Source: Escherichia phage vB_EcoS-613R10. Taken from it: a stretch of 38,680 bases of DNA. Shown here in pieces: positions 27,822 to 38,522 of this stretch. Every line of letters starts with the position of its first letter. Within the stretch, counting starts at the first letter, position 1. The position numbers and the translations under genes were made by a program. Below the pieces are notes generated by a model. It was given only the letters and a program-made list of their open reading frames with translations, was not told the DNA's origin and ran no database searches. The stretch lies in sequence record ON470590, one strand, 5' to 3'.

Positions 27822-28586
27822 ATGAAACTGAAAACGGTCGAGATTAACGGAAAACAATACGCAGAAATTGATACTGCTGGCCTGCCAGTTTATGTGCACG
27901 ACGATGGTAAAGAAATTGGCTTCGATGCACCGCTGGCGACAAAAAAAATTACAGAGCTTAATGGCGAGGCAAAAAATCATCGCCTGGCTAAAGAAGCTGC
28001 AGAGGAAAAACTGGCTAAGTTTGCCGCTATCGAAGACCCGAAGAAGGCGATCGAGGCACTGGAAATGCTGTCAAAAATCGACCAGAAAAAGCTGCTCGAT
28101 GCGGGACAGGTTGACCAGGTTAAGGCAGAAATTACGAAAAATTTTCAGCAGCAATTAGATGAAGAAAAGCAACGCTCTCAGATGCTGGAGAAGCAGCTTT
28201 ACGATTCTATGATTGGCGGTAGTTTTGCGGGTTCAAAATATATTGCCGATAAAATTGCGATCCCGGCAGATTTATTACAAGCCCGCTTCGGGCAGGCATT
28301 CAAAGTGGAAGAAGGGAGGATCGTTGCTTATGACGCTTCCGGCAACAAAATTTATTCCCGCGCGAAGCCTGGCGAACTGGCGCAGTTTGATGAGGCGCTG
28401 GAGTTCCTTGTCGAAAATTACCCTCAGAAAGACTACATCCTGAAAGCCAGTGGCAACAATGGCGGCGGCTCCTGTCCGACACAGCATGATATTGGTCAGA
28501 AAACGATGAAACGCTCTGCTTTTGATGCACTGGATGTTGCAGGTAAGCAAAACGCATTGAAAGACGGTATCACAATCGTTGATTAA
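27822..28586 (+). CDS. Putative scaffolding protein
   Basis: 254 aa from ATG at 27822; charged, alpha-helical-looking protein immediately upstream of the major capsid gene. Confidence 0.6.
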   Translation: MKLKTVEINGKQYAEIDTAGLPVYVHDDGKEIGFDAPLATKKITELNGEAKNHRLAKEAAEEKLAKFAAIEDPKKAIEALEMLSKIDQKKLLDAGQVDQVKAEITKNFQQQLDEEKQRSQMLEKQLYDSMIGGSFAGSKYIADKIAIPADLLQARFGQAFKVEEGRIVAYDASGNKIYSRAKPGELAQFDEALEFLVENYPQKDYILKASGNNGGGSCPTQHDIGQKTMKRSAFDALDVAGKQNALKDGITIVD

Positions 28587-28684
28587 CACATTTGTCAGCT
28601 TCCGGATGGGAGCTGGTGTCAGGGCTGGATAGCTCATTACTCCATCTATTCACAATTACGCAAATTTTTAAGGAATATTTAATT

Positions 28685-29824
28685 ATGGCTGGAAATACCC
28701 TGACCGGGTTGATCCCGACTATTTATACCGCCCTGGATGTTGTATCCCGTGAGCAGGTAGGTTTTATCCCTGCGGTAGCAAAAAACGCAAAAGCTGACGC
28801 CGCAGCAAAAGATCAGACGGTAACCGCGCCAGTTGCGCCTGAGGCGAAAACCGAAGATATCGTACCGGGGCCGTCAGCTCCGAATACCGGTGATCAAAAT
28901 ATTGGCACTGTTGATGTAAAAATTACTAAATCCAAAATGGCACCGGTTAAATGGAATGGTGAAGAACAACTGGCTCTTGGCCCTTCAGGGACTTACAACA
29001 CCATTCTGGCTGATCAGTTCAAGCAGGCTTTTCGCGCCCTTGCAAACGAGGTTGAGGCTGATCTTGGTGCGTTGTATTTCGGTGCTTCCCGCGCCGTGGG
29101 AACCGCAGGGACAACGCCGTTTGGTGTTAAAGATGATCTTTCTGATGCTGCTCTGGCTCGTCAGGTTCTGGAGGATAACGGCGCACCGACAACCGATCTG
29201 CAGATGGTGCTTGGCTCCACTGCCATTGCTAATTTGCGCGGAAAACAGTCTGTATTGTTTAAAGTGAATGAATCCGGCACTGAACAGCTACTGCGTGAGG
29301 GCGTGTTGGGGCGTCTGGAGGGATTCAATATTCACAGTTCGGCAGGTGTGAAACGAGCGCCAAAGGTTGCTGCAACTGGTTATCTCGTGAATGGAGAGAA
29401 AAAAGAAGGCGATGTTCTTATTTCCATTGATACTGGTTCGGGGTGTATTTCTGCAGGTCAGATTGTTACGTTCGCTGGTGATCCGAATCAGTATGTTGTG
29501 GCAGCAGCGACCAGCAATCTGATTACTCTTGCAGCGCCCGGACTGCGTCAGGATCTGGCCGATGATACTGCCATCACAGTTGTTGGGGCCTTTACTGCAA
29601 ATATGGCGTTTGATCGCAACGCGTTTCTGCTGGCATCCCGTACTCCGGCAATGCCGGAAGGTGGCGATAATGCTGATGATGTAATGAATGTTACGGACCC
29701 GATTTCAGGGATTACGTTCCAGATTGCACTGTATCGTCAGTATCGCCAGGTGCGCTATGAAGTTGGACTGGCATGGGGTGTTTCATCAGTGAAGCCGGCA
29801 CATGGTTGTCTGATTCTTGGTTAA
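28685..29824 (+). CDS. Major capsid protein
   Basis: 379 aa from ATG at 28685 (SD AAGGA); position after the scaffold and followed by a strong hairpin terminator. Confidence 0.75.
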   Translation: MAGNTLTGLIPTIYTALDVVSREQVGFIPAVAKNAKADAAAKDQTVTAPVAPEAKTEDIVPGPSAPNTGDQNIGTVDVKITKSKMAPVKWNGEEQLALGPSGTYNTILADQFKQAFRALANEVEADLGALYFGASRAVGTAGTTPFGVKDDLSDAALARQVLEDNGAPTTDLQMVLGSTAIANLRGKQSVLFKVNESGTEQLLREGVLGRLEGFNIHSSAGVKRAPKVAATGYLVNGEKKEGDVLISIDTGSGCISAGQIVTFAGDPNQYVVAAATSNLITLAAPGLRQDLADDTAITVVGAFTANMAFDRNAFLLASRTPAMPEGGDNADDVMNVTDPISGITFQIALYRQYRQVRYEVGLAWGVSSVKPAHGCLILG

Positions 29825-29834
29825 ACATTCAAAC

Positions 29835-29854
29835 GGGGCTTCGGCCCCATTTTT
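29835..29854 (+). terminator. Terminator-like hairpin after the capsid gene
   Basis: GGGGC-TTCG-GCCCC followed by ATTTTT. Confidence 0.5.
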
Positions 29855-29866
29855 AATGGGGGGCAT

Positions 29867-30007
29867 ATGGCCGGATTAACTAAAGAGCAAAGAGCACAGC
29901 GTGAAGCCGCACAAAAAACGCAAATTGAGTTAGTGGTTATGGTGACCGATTATCAGATGTTTCCCGGCGCACCAACTATCGCTAATGTTCATCCTGATGA
30001 AGTTGAC
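29867..30007 (+). CDS. Possible small ORF (46 aa)
   Basis: MAGLTKEQRAQREAAQKTQIELVVMVTDYQMFPGAPTIANVHPDES; G-rich SD-like stretch upstream; fills the gap between the capsid and head-tail genes. Confidence 0.3.
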
Positions 30008-30046
30008 AACTGGAAGGCTATGGGCTGGAAAACTCAGGAGTAACAC

Positions 30047-30442
30047 ATGATCACTTACGTGACCTGTGATGACGTTGATAATGCGTTTGGGAACGCCTGG
30101 ACGAGTGAGAACGCTAAAAATAAAGCTGTTTTAATGGCTAATGCCTGGCTTAATGGCTTCAACCTGAAAATTAACCCATCCCGTATTCCGGAAGAGGTAA
30201 AACTTGCGGGAGCATATGCAGCCAGAATTGCCTCATTCGGTAAGTTGTTTCAGCAGAAAAATGATTCTGGCGTTGTTATCAGTAAAGCCGTGTCGGCTGA
30301 CGGGGTCAGTGTATCGAAATCATTTTCTGAGTTGCCAGCAAACAGCACTGCATTGCTTGAACCCGATTTACAGCTTGCGATAGCACTGCTGAAACCGTAC
30401 GGACTTAGTCGCTCACAAGTCAGGGTTGTGAGGGGGGGATAA
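30047..30442 (+). CDS. Putative head-tail connector/adaptor
   Basis: 131 aa; SD AGGAG; first of four small translationally coupled genes between capsid and tail tube. Confidence 0.55.
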   Translation: MITYVTCDDVDNAFGNAWTSENAKNKAVLMANAWLNGFNLKINPSRIPEEVKLAGAYAARIASFGKLFQQKNDSGVVISKAVSADGVSVSKSFSELPANSTALLEPDLQLAIALLKPYGLSRSQVRVVRGG

Positions 30443-30825
30443 TGGGGCTTCGTGAAGAGATTCAGTCAGAGGTTGCCGCTGCTTTTGATGAGGATTTAGC
30501 GGACGCCGTGAGTGATTTTTCTGGTTCTTACGTTACGCACCGGCACTGGGATCCTGTGACGGAAACTGGCGGCGAATCCACCGCAATCTATACCGGGCGA
30601 GGCGTGTTGACACGTTATAAGCTGGGCAGAATTGATGGGATTAATATTTTGCATGGTGACCTTAAATTAACCGCTCTGGTATGCGAGGTTACGGATAAAC
30701 CAGCTGTCGACCATATTATTGAGATTTATGATCCTGTATCAAGGCAGTTACAACGATACGAGGTAATTACAGCAAGTGTAGATCCTTCCGCATCAGTTTA
30801 CTCTATCCAGTTAAGGAGAGCGTAA
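30442..30825 (+). CDS. Putative head closure protein
   Basis: 127 aa; start overlaps the upstream stop; call by position. Confidence 0.55.
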   Translation: MGLREEIQSEVAAAFDEDLADAVSDFSGSYVTHRHWDPVTETGGESTAIYTGRGVLTRYKLGRIDGINILHGDLKLTALVCEVTDKPAVDHIIEIYDPVSRQLQRYEVITASVDPSASVYSIQLRRA

Positions 30826-31206
30826 ATGGCAAAGGCATGGGATATAGAACCGTCAATATTTGCCGGGATGATTGAGGAAGATGTAGGGCTGAAGATTCGC
30901 TACATCGCTATTCAGATTCTTACTGCTATTGATATTGCTGCTCCGGTTGATACCGGACGTTTCAGAAATAACAACCTGGTGTCGTTACAGCATCCCGATT
31001 TTGGTATATCTGATAACGTGGATCCGAACGGTACGATTGCTGTTCAGCGTGGGATCGGGGTTATTTCGAAAGCTGCAAATTACGGGGTTATTTATATCCA
31101 GAATAACCTTCCTTATGCAGAGGCTCTTGAAAACGGTCATTCACAACAAGCGCCAACTGGCGTGTATGCCAACGCTTTTCATGGTGTTTTACAGGCTTAC
31201 AAATGA
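30826..31206 (+). CDS. HK97 gp10-like tail-component protein
   Basis: 126 aa; SD AAGGAGAG; size and DTGRFRNN motif resemble the HK97 gp10 family. Confidence 0.55.
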   Translation: MAKAWDIEPSIFAGMIEEDVGLKIRYIAIQILTAIDIAAPVDTGRFRNNNLVSLQHPDFGISDNVDPNGTIAVQRGIGVISKAANYGVIYIQNNLPYAEALENGHSQQAPTGVYANAFHGVLQAYK

Positions 31207-31595
31207 AGTTTACTGAAATCAGAAATACGGTTATTTCCAGAATGACGGCACAGACGATTATTGATGGAAAAGACGTATTGTATCCGAACGGGCCAACGTT
31301 CGATCCTTCCGGTAAGTTAATCTGGGCGCGGTTAAGTAATATTCCCGGGCAAGCTGGAGTTAATGAAATTGGCGCGGGGCCGGTTGTTTATCGCACGGGG
31401 ATAATCATTATTCAGTTATTTGTCCCCGCAGGTTCTGGTTCAAAACTCATTACTGAGACAGCCGATAAATTGCGGGAACTGTTTGAGTTTCAGGATGACG
31501 ATCGTCTCAGTTACCAGGCTGTTTCCTCAATAGCCGTCGGCGAAAAGAATGGCTGGTTCCAGCTTAATCTTCAAATTCCATATCGCGCGCTCTAG
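31203..31595 (+). CDS. Putative tail terminator/completion protein
   Basis: 130 aa; ATGA overlap with the upstream gene; immediately upstream of the tail tube gene. Confidence 0.55.
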   Translation: MKFTEIRNTVISRMTAQTIIDGKDVLYPNGPTFDPSGKLIWARLSNIPGQAGVNEIGAGPVVYRTGIIIIQLFVPAGSGSKLITETADKLRELFEFQDDDRLSYQAVSSIAVGEKNGWFQLNLQIPYRAL

Positions 31596-31621
31596 CGCAA
31601 TTAATGACATAGGAGGCTCCT

Positions 31622-32584
31622 GTGAGTTCAGGTGCAAAGGTTATCTCGGCATTTATCCGGGAGACAGTTGCAGGCACTACGCCAGCAAGTGGTGACTGGA
31701 GTTTATTAAAACGCACAAGCTGGGGAGTAAAACCCACCCAGAATAAAGGCGAAAATAATGAGATTGGTGGCTCCCGGATGGCTCAGGGGGCGACGCCTGG
31801 CACTGTGGATGTCGGCGGTGATGTTGGTACCAAATTTCGCTGGGGTCAACATGATGATTTTCTTGCATCCTGTTTCGGCGCGGAATGGTCAGGCGATTCT
31901 CTGACAATGGGGAATGAGCGAATAACATTTTCTCTGGCGACCTATGCGTCCGATGTCGGAATTGCCTCTGTCGTCAGAGGAGCGCAGGTTGGCTCATGGA
32001 AAATGCAGATCCCTAACGACGGCGATATTACAGCGACCGTAACCTTTGCCGGGCTGGGCTGGGAATCAAAGGCCGATGATACGAATTTTATCAAAGGCGA
32101 ACCTGTGGATAGTGCAGGAAAGTTACGCTATTCGTTTAAGGCGGTTTCAGCAGTAAGCCTGAATGGTGTTGCCGGAGGTAACGGTTTTTGTATCGACAGT
32201 TTTGATATTCAGTTCGATAACAAACTCCAGACACAGCGTTGTATCGGGACCGGCTCGCCTTATGCAGGAGCAAATATTCCGACTACTTTTACACCGTCCG
32301 GTACGGTGACGCTTTCATGGTCTAAAGCCGCGTGGGAAATCTGGAGTAAAACACTGACTGGAGAAACAGTTCCGTTCAGCTTCACGCTTTCGAATGGAGA
32401 GGGGGCATACACTTTCAGTTTCCCGAAGGTTCAGGTGTCAGGTGAATGGCCTGATGGGGGTAATACTGACATTATCCAGGTTCAATTGAGCATTACCGCA
32501 GCAGATGAAGCACCTACGATAACCAGAAAAAAATGCTCCCCGACTGCCGTGATCGCAAAAGCCAGTGCTGATGCGATTAGTTGA
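31622..32584 (+). CDS. Major tail tube protein
   Basis: 320 aa from GTG at 31622 preceded by AGGAGG; immediately upstream of the chaperone pair and tape measure. Confidence 0.7.
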   Translation: MSSGAKVISAFIRETVAGTTPASGDWSLLKRTSWGVKPTQNKGENNEIGGSRMAQGATPGTVDVGGDVGTKFRWGQHDDFLASCFGAEWSGDSLTMGNERITFSLATYASDVGIASVVRGAQVGSWKMQIPNDGDITATVTFAGLGWESKADDTNFIKGEPVDSAGKLRYSFKAVSAVSLNGVAGGNGFCIDSFDIQFDNKLQTQRCIGTGSPYAGANIPTTFTPSGTVTLSWSKAAWEIWSKTLTGETVPFSFTLSNGEGAYTFSFPKVQVSGEWPDGGNTDIIQVQLSITAADEAPTITRKKCSPTAVIAKASADAIS

Positions 32585-32632
32585 TTTTCCGTTATTCCCC
32601 CTGTGGTACTGCACTACAGGGGGACGCATTGA

Positions 32633-33094
32633 ATGAGGTTATGGATGTTTATTCTTAATCAGAAAATTATCATCGGTGGAGAACGCTGGTTTACGCCAAT
32701 GAAGGACTTAAAACCTATAGACGGGTTAAAACTGTTGGTGGCAAGCAGCGATAACGATCAGTATCGCTCCCGTAATGCATTAATCCGTCGTCACATTGAG
32801 AAAATGGATGCCAGTTTGCACGTCGGAACGAAGGAGTTTGATATTTCAAAGGTTTCCGAGGTAGATTCTGTTGATGATTTACTCATTGATAATGCTGCTC
32901 GTTATCTGCTGAAAGACTGGAAAGGGGTTGGTGAACTGGTTAATGGTGCTGAGGTTGCACTGGAATATACGCCAGAACGAGGGATCGCGCTGCTTAAGCA
33001 GAATCCAGAGTTGTACTGGCAGATCCTTGCAGAAGCAGCCAGCATCGCCCAGGGTAAAGAGCAGCAGAAGCAGGATACGATAAAAAAGCCATAG
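32633..33094 (+). CDS. Tail assembly chaperone (lambda G-like)
   Basis: 153 aa; acidic C-terminus; slippery A_AAA_AAG 2 codons before the stop; a -1 frame stays open to 33402. Confidence 0.75.
   Translation: MRLWMFILNQKIIIGGERWFTPMKDLKPIDGLKLLVASSDNDQYRSRNALIRRHIEKMDASLHVGTKEFDISKVSEVDSVDDLLIDNAARYLLKDWKGVGELVNGAEVALEYTPERGIALLKQNPELYWQILAEAASIAQGKEQQKQDTIKKP
33082..33088 (+). other. Programmed -1 ribosomal frameshift slippery heptamer A_AAA_AAG
   Basis: Heptamer in the correct phase of the G frame (codons AAA 33083-33085, AAG 33086-33088). Confidence 0.65.
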
Positions 33095-33402
33095 CCGCCC
33101 AGCGGTGGTTATCGGAGTTCGGGGGAGAAAGGGGGGAAAAGGCAAGATGGAAGCGAGAAAAACTCAGGTTGCCACCGATACCGGAACCAGAAATAGACCC
33201 GGTGCTTAAGGAATTGTTGTACGCCTATTCGGTAATATCCCGTGCCCGACGTTATGCTGGAATGACCGGGGTGCCTTTGCCTTTATCTCTGACAGAGATA
33301 AATGAATATTTAGCCACTCATCCGGTATTGATTGAGCGCGATGAGTTTGAAGCAGTGATCTTTGCACTGGATGACCAGTATTTTCAGGAGCAGTGTGTGT
33401 AG
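33088..33402 (+). CDS. T-portion of the frameshifted GT chaperone fusion
   Basis: The -1 frame continues ...KK-AIAAQRWLSEFGG...PPIPEPEIDPVLKELLYAYSVISRARRYAGMTG... with no independent ATG or SD; the ORF track only sees it from a TTG at 33169. Confidence 0.6.
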   Translation, partial: AIAAQRWLSEFGGERGEKARWKREKLRLPPIPEPEIDPVLKELLYAYSVISRARRYAGMTGVPLPLSLTEINEYLATHPVLIERDEFEAVIFALDDQYFQEQCV

Positions 33403-33525
33403 TTGTTAATTACGTACACTCTGTTACAGAGATGTGATGGTGTCTTTAATTAAATCGATGATGCTCCTGGAGAAAAGCATTGCGTGGCCTCGTAATCGCT
33501 ATATCTACTATTATGTCGCCTGAAA

Positions 33526-33550
33526 CCCACTTCGGTGGGCTTTTTGTTGT
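33526..33550 (+). terminator. Terminator-like hairpin before the tape measure gene
   Basis: CCCAC-TTCG-GTGGG followed by CTTTTTGTTG. Confidence 0.45.
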
Positions 33551-33565
33551 CTGGAGTTTTAATAA

Positions 33566-36500
33566 ATGGCAGAGCAAACCTCGCGTCTCGCAATAATTAT
33601 TGATAGCACTGGAGCAAAAAATAATGCTGACAATCTGACCTCCTCATTAGTCAAAATGACGCAGGCCGGGGAAACTGCTGCAAATAGCGCAGGGAAAGTG
33701 ACTAAGGCAACAGAAGATGAGAAGAACGCGCTCGCAAAATTAAAAGCAGCTATTGATCCAGTTGGTGCCGCAATTGATACTGTCGGTCGACGCTATTCTG
33801 AATTAAAGAAATTTTTCGATAAAGGGATTATTGATAAAGAAGAATATGAATTTCTTGTCCGTAAACTTAATGAAACCACAGAGGAATTGAGCGGGGTTGC
33901 GCAAGCGCAGAGAGAAGCCGAGAAGGCCGGAAAACTTGCTGCCGCCCAGCAGGAAGCGCAGACTCAGGCCTTTCAAAGAATGCTGGACAAGATCGACCCT
34001 CTGGCTGCGGCGCTAAGAAATCTTGAACAACAGCAGGATGAACTTAATGCTGCGTTTGCATCCGGGAAAATAAATGGTTCTCAGTTTGAGAATTATAGCC
34101 GAAAAATACAGGAAACACGGCGAGAGCTTACCGGAGAGGCTCAGGCAGAGCGAGAAGCAGCAAAAGCGCATGATGAACAGGTTGCTGCTTTGCAACGTCT
34201 GATTGCTCAACTTGACCCTGTCGGAACTGCTTTTAATCGTCTGGTAGAACAACAGAAACAGCTCAATGAAGCAAAAGCTAAGGGGATGCTCTCTCCTGAA
34301 ATGTATGAGGAACTTTCTGGAAAACTTCGTGCTATGCGGAGTGAGCTTGAGGTTACTCAATCTCAATTAAGCAAAACCGGAATGTCGGCAAAACAAACGG
34401 CTTTTGCTATGCGCATGTTGCCTGCACAAATGACGGATATTGTTGTTGGGTTGTCCACTGGTCAGTCGCCTTTTATGGTGTTAATGCAGCAGGGCGGCCA
34501 GCTAAAAGATATGTTCGGTGGGATTGGCCCGGCGATCAAAGGTGTTGGTTCTTATGTGCTGGGATTAATTAATCCTTTTACCCTGGCCGCAGCAGCCGTT
34601 GGCGTCTTAGGGCTGGCTTACTATAAAGGCTCTCAGGAGCAGGACGAATTTAATAAGTCTCTTATTCTTACCGGAAATCAGTTGGGGACAACCAGCGGGC
34701 AATTGGCCGATATAGTTCAACGTGCCGGGAATGCGGCTGATTCGACAACTGGCGCTGCGGCGGCAGTATTAAACCAGCTTGTGCGTTCGGGAAAGGTAGC
34801 GAGCAGTTCGCTGGAGCAAGTGACGACAGCGATAGTAAAAACGAGCGAAGTAACAGGAATATCAACCGAACAACTGGTTAATGACTTCAATGAAATTGCA
34901 AAGGATCCTGTCAGTGCCATATCAAAACTTAATGATCAGTACCATTTTCTGACAATTGCGACTTATAACCAGATTAAGGCGCTACAGGATGAAGGGAACC
35001 AGCAGGAGGCCGCCCGCATTGCGACAGAAGCATACTCATCCTCAATGATCCAGCGCACCAACCAGATTAAAGAAAATCTTGGTTATCTTGAGACTGCATG
35101 GAAAGCTGTCGCAGACTCCGCAAAATGGGCATGGGATTCCATGCTGGATATTGGCCGTGAGGCCTCCCTTGATCAAAAAATCTCAGATGTTCTCCGTCAA
35201 ATTGATGAAATAGAAAAAAATACCCGACCCGGAGTTTTCGGGTTAGGTGGCATTGGAGATGGCGGAGCTCAAAATAAAAGGCTGGCACGATTAAAGCAGC
35301 AATTGGGCGTACTTCAAGCAGAAAAAATTGCTCAGGACGTACTAAATTCATCAATAAACGATTACAACAAGCGACAACAGGAAGGAATTGAACTCAGACA
35401 GAGAGCAGATGCCTTTTCAAAACAATATCAGACCCGGGAGCAGCAGAGAGCTAGTGAACTTGCAAAACTGGAAAAACTAAAGAGTCAGTATTCAAAGGAA
35501 GAATATAATAATCTTATCGCTCAAATAAATGAGCGTTATAAAGGTCCAAAGCAACCAAAGGCGAAAGGTTATTCGGATGATGCTGCCCAACGAATGATTG
35601 ATCATCTGAATCAACAGAATGCGTTACTAAGTTCACAAACTGAATTAACCGTTAAATTAAGTTCCTCTGAACAGGAACTGGTTAAGTGGCGTCAGCAGAT
35701 TGCCGACCTGGAGTCACGACCGTCATCGAAATTAACCAAGGATCAGAAATCGCTTCTCTTACACCGGGAAGAAATAACCGCGTTGATGGAGAAAAATGTT
35801 GCGATTGAAAAAAATAACAGGCTAATCAAGGAATCCGCCGAAATAGCTGCATGGCGTGATTCATTGCAGGCTTCGATTGATAATCGTCAACAGGGGTATG
35901 ATATTCAGATTGCTGGTTATGGGGTTGGCGATAAAAATCAGCAACGCCAGCAGGAATTACTGCGGATTGAACGTGAATATAACAATCAGCGTCTGCAACT
36001 TGAACGTGACTATGCAGATAAATCCCGTGGGATGTCAAATCATGTTTTTCAGGAGAAAATGCAGGCTCTGAATGATGCTCTGGAACGAGAAAAAGAAATT
36101 GTCAGACAGAAAAACGAGCAGCTCGATATTCAGGCAGGAGACTGGGTTAGTGGTGCCTCCCAGGGATTCAATAACTGGCTGGATGACACTAAGGATATCA
36201 GTGAGCAGATAAAATCAACCACGACTCAGATGTTTGATGGAATGACCGATGCGCTGGGTGATTTTGTCACGACAGGCAAAGCAAATTTTCGTTCTTTCGC
36301 TACTTCCGTGATTTCGGATCTTAGTCGAATAGCATTAAAGGCTTCAATTACTGGGATTTTCGACAGCATTAGTAACAGTTCTTCTGGGGGGATTTTAGGA
36401 ACTATCGGGAGTGCTATTAGTAAATTTATTCCGAATGCAAAGGGCGGTGTTTATGAGTCTCCGTCATTGAACACGTATTCGAACGGTATTTATGATTCCC

Positions 36501-36799
36501 CGCAATTTTTTGCTTTTGCAAGAGGGGCTGGTGTTTTTGGTGAGGCTGGTCCGGAAGCCATTATGCCATTAACACGAACTTCCGATGGTTCTCTTGGTGT
36601 CAGAGCTATTAATAGTAAAAGTGGTAATGGAGGCGGAGATATTACCTATGCCCCTGTATACCAAATCACTATTCAAAATGACGGCCAGAATGGAGAGATT
36701 GGCCCTCAGGCAATAAAAGCACTTATGGGGATGGTTGATCAGCGGGTGCAGGGCAATCTGTTAAATATGCGACGTGATGGGGGAATGTTAAGTGGCTAA
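33566..36799 (+). CDS. Tail length tape measure protein
   Basis: 1077 aa; long coiled-coil N-terminal half with internal sequence repeats, hydrophobic central segment; sits after G/GT as in lambda. Confidence 0.93.
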   Translation: MAEQTSRLAIIIDSTGAKNNADNLTSSLVKMTQAGETAANSAGKVTKATEDEKNALAKLKAAIDPVGAAIDTVGRRYSELKKFFDKGIIDKEEYEFLVRKLNETTEELSGVAQAQREAEKAGKLAAAQQEAQTQAFQRMLDKIDPLAAALRNLEQQQDELNAAFASGKINGSQFENYSRKIQETRRELTGEAQAEREAAKAHDEQVAALQRLIAQLDPVGTAFNRLVEQQKQLNEAKAKGMLSPEMYEELSGKLRAMRSELEVTQSQLSKTGMSAKQTAFAMRMLPAQMTDIVVGLSTGQSPFMVLMQQGGQLKDMFGGIGPAIKGVGSYVLGLINPFTLAAAAVGVLGLAYYKGSQEQDEFNKSLILTGNQLGTTSGQLADIVQRAGNAADSTTGAAAAVLNQLVRSGKVASSSLEQVTTAIVKTSEVTGISTEQLVNDFNEIAKDPVSAISKLNDQYHFLTIATYNQIKALQDEGNQQEAARIATEAYSSSMIQRTNQIKENLGYLETAWKAVADSAKWAWDSMLDIGREASLDQKISDVLRQIDEIEKNTRPGVFGLGGIGDGGAQNKRLARLKQQLGVLQAEKIAQDVLNSSINDYNKRQQEGIELRQRADAFSKQYQTREQQRASELAKLEKLKSQYSKEEYNNLIAQINERYKGPKQPKAKGYSDDAAQRMIDHLNQQNALLSSQTELTVKLSSSEQELVKWRQQIADLESRPSSKLTKDQKSLLLHREEITALMEKNVAIEKNNRLIKESAEIAAWRDSLQASIDNRQQGYDIQIAGYGVGDKNQQRQQELLRIEREYNNQRLQLERDYADKSRGMSNHVFQEKMQALNDALEREKEIVRQKNEQLDIQAGDWVSGASQGFNNWLDDTKDISEQIKSTTTQMFDGMTDALGDFVTTGKANFRSFATSVISDLSRIALKASITGIFDSISNSSSGGILGTIGSAISKFIPNAKGGVYESPSLNTYSNGIYDSPQFFAFARGAGVFGEAGPEAIMPLTRTSDGSLGVRAINSKSGNGGGDITYAPVYQITIQNDGQNGEIGPQAIKALMGMVDQRVQGNLLNMRRDGGMLSG

Positions 36800-37130
36800 T
36801 ACGGAAGAATTTCACTGGTTACCAGAGGATGGAATGAAAACAGAAAATAAACCATCGATAAAAACTGTAAGATTTGGCGATGGTTATGAGCAACGAAGTC
36901 CAAATGGACTTAATCATTCTCTGCGCGTTTTCACCTGTGATTTCAAAGTTGAGGCGAATGAACGTGATTCATTTGAAAAATTTTTAGCCCGGCATGAAGG
37001 CTATAAATCTTTTTTTTGGCGCCCGCCGGGTATTAACAGAAAAATCAGAGTGGTGTGTCGAACGTGGTCAGCGACAGAACATATCACCTATACCGATTTT
37101 TCGTGTCAGTTTGACGAAGTGGTGATCTGA
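36792..37130 (+). CDS. M: Minor tail protein M (lambda-like)
   Basis: 112 aa; [16 protein letters not shown]...[16 protein letters not shown]...FSCQFDEVV closely resembles lambda gpM as recalled. Confidence 0.92.
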   Translation: MANTEEFHWLPEDGMKTENKPSIKTVRFGDGYEQRSPNGLNHSLRVFTCDFKVEANERDSFEKFLARHEGYKSFFWRPPGINRKIRVVCRTWSATEHITYTDFSCQFDEVVI

Positions 37131-37828
37131 TGCAGGACATACAACAGGAAACGCTGAATGAATGCATTCGTGCGGAGCAGTCGGCCAGCGTGGTGCTCTG
37201 GGAAATCGACCTGACCGAGGTAGGCGGGGATCGCTACTTTTTCTGTAATGAGCAGAACGAAAAAGGTGAGTCTGTCACCTGGCAGAGTCGGCAGTATCAG
37301 GCCTATCCCATTCAGGGGAGTGGATTTGAGATGAACGGCAAGGGCAGTGCTGCCCGTCCGACACTGACGGTCTCTAACCTGCACGGCATGATCACCGGGA
37401 TGGCGGAAGATCTGCAGAGTCTGGTCGGCGGAACGGTGGTCCGGCGTAAGGTTTACGCCCGCTTTCTGGATGCGGTGAACTTCGTCAACGGAAACAGCGA
37501 AGCCGATCCGGAGCAGGAGGTGATCAGCCGCTGGCGCATCGAGCAGTGCAGCGAACTGAGCGCGGTCAGTGCCTCCTTTGTACTGTCCACGCCGACGGAA
37601 ACGGATGGCGCTGTTTTTCCGGGACGTATCATGCTGGCCAACACCTGCACCTGGACCTATCGCGGCGATGAGTGCGGTTATAGCGGTCCGGCGGTCGCGG
37701 ATGAATATGACCAGCCGACGTCCGATATCACGAAGGATAAATGCAGCAAATGCCTGAGTGGCTGTAAGTTTCGCAATAATGTCGGCAACTTTGGCAGCTT
37801 CCTTTCCATTAACAAACTTTCGCAGTAA
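37130..37828 (+). CDS. L: Minor tail protein L (lambda-like)
   Basis: 232 aa; ends with the Cys-rich KDKCSKCLSGCKFRNNVGNFGSF motif characteristic of lambda gpL. Confidence 0.92.
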   Translation: MQDIQQETLNECIRAEQSASVVLWEIDLTEVGGDRYFFCNEQNEKGESVTWQSRQYQAYPIQGSGFEMNGKGSAARPTLTVSNLHGMITGMAEDLQSLVGGTVVRRKVYARFLDAVNFVNGNSEADPEQEVISRWRIEQCSELSAVSASFVLSTPTETDGAVFPGRIMLANTCTWTYRGDECGYSGPAVADEYDQPTSDITKDKCSKCLSGCKFRNNVGNFGSFLSINKLSQ

Positions 37829-37833
37829 ATCCC

Positions 37834-38522
37834 ATGACAGAGACAGAATCAGCGATNNNNNNNNNNAGGAAAGATATTTTCCCTGCGTGAATATCTCCGG
37901 TGAGCCGGAGGAGTATTTCCGGATGTCGCCGGAGGACTGGCTGAGTGCAGAAATGCAGGGAGAGATTGTGGCGCTGGTCCACAGCCACCCCGGTGGTCTG
38001 CCCTGGCTGAGTGAGGCCGACCGGCGGCTGCAGGTACAGAGTGATTTGCCGTGGTGGCTGGTCTGCCGGGGGGCGATTCATAAATTCCGCTGTGTGCCGC
38101 ATCTCACCGGGCGGCGCTTTGAGCACGGGGTAACGGACTGTTACACGCTGTTCCGGGACGCTTACCATCTGGCGGGAATTGAGATGCCGGATTTTCATCG
38201 CGGGGATGACTGGTGGCGTAACGGTCAGAATCTCTATCTGGATAATCTGGAGGCCACAGGGCTGTATCAGGTGCCGTTGTCAGCGGCGCAGCCGGGCGAT
38301 GTGCTGCTGTGCTGTTTTGGTTCATCGGTGCCGAATCATGCCGCCATTTACTGTGGTGACAGCGAGCTGCTGCACCATATTCCTGAACAACTGAGCAAAC
38401 GAGAGAGGTACACCGACAAATGGCAGCGACGCACACACTCCCTCTGGCGTCACCGGGCATGGCACGCATCTGCCTTTACGGGGATTTACAACGATTTGGC
38501 CGCCGCATCGACCTTCGAGTGA
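37834..38522 (+). CDS. K: Tail assembly protein K (lambda-like), interrupted by an N-run
   Basis: After the gap the frame reads ERYFPCVNISGEPEEYFRMSPEDWL...HSHPGG..., near-identical to lambda gpK as recalled; ATG at 37834 then a 10 N gap, so N-terminal length and frame are uncertain. Confidence 0.85.
37857..37866. other. Run of N (assembly gap or masked sequence)
   Basis: 10 consecutive N near the 5' end of the K gene. Confidence 0.99.

Noticed and set aside
32593-32621. Imperfect inverted repeat CCCCTGT...ACAGGGG between tail tube and chaperone genes
   Set aside because: No following T-tract and mismatches in the extended stem; could be structural, but evidence is insufficient.
34013-36071. 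Short ORFs on both strands inside the tape measure gene
   Set aside because: Shadow ORFs inside a 1077 aa gene with clear coiled-coil organisation.
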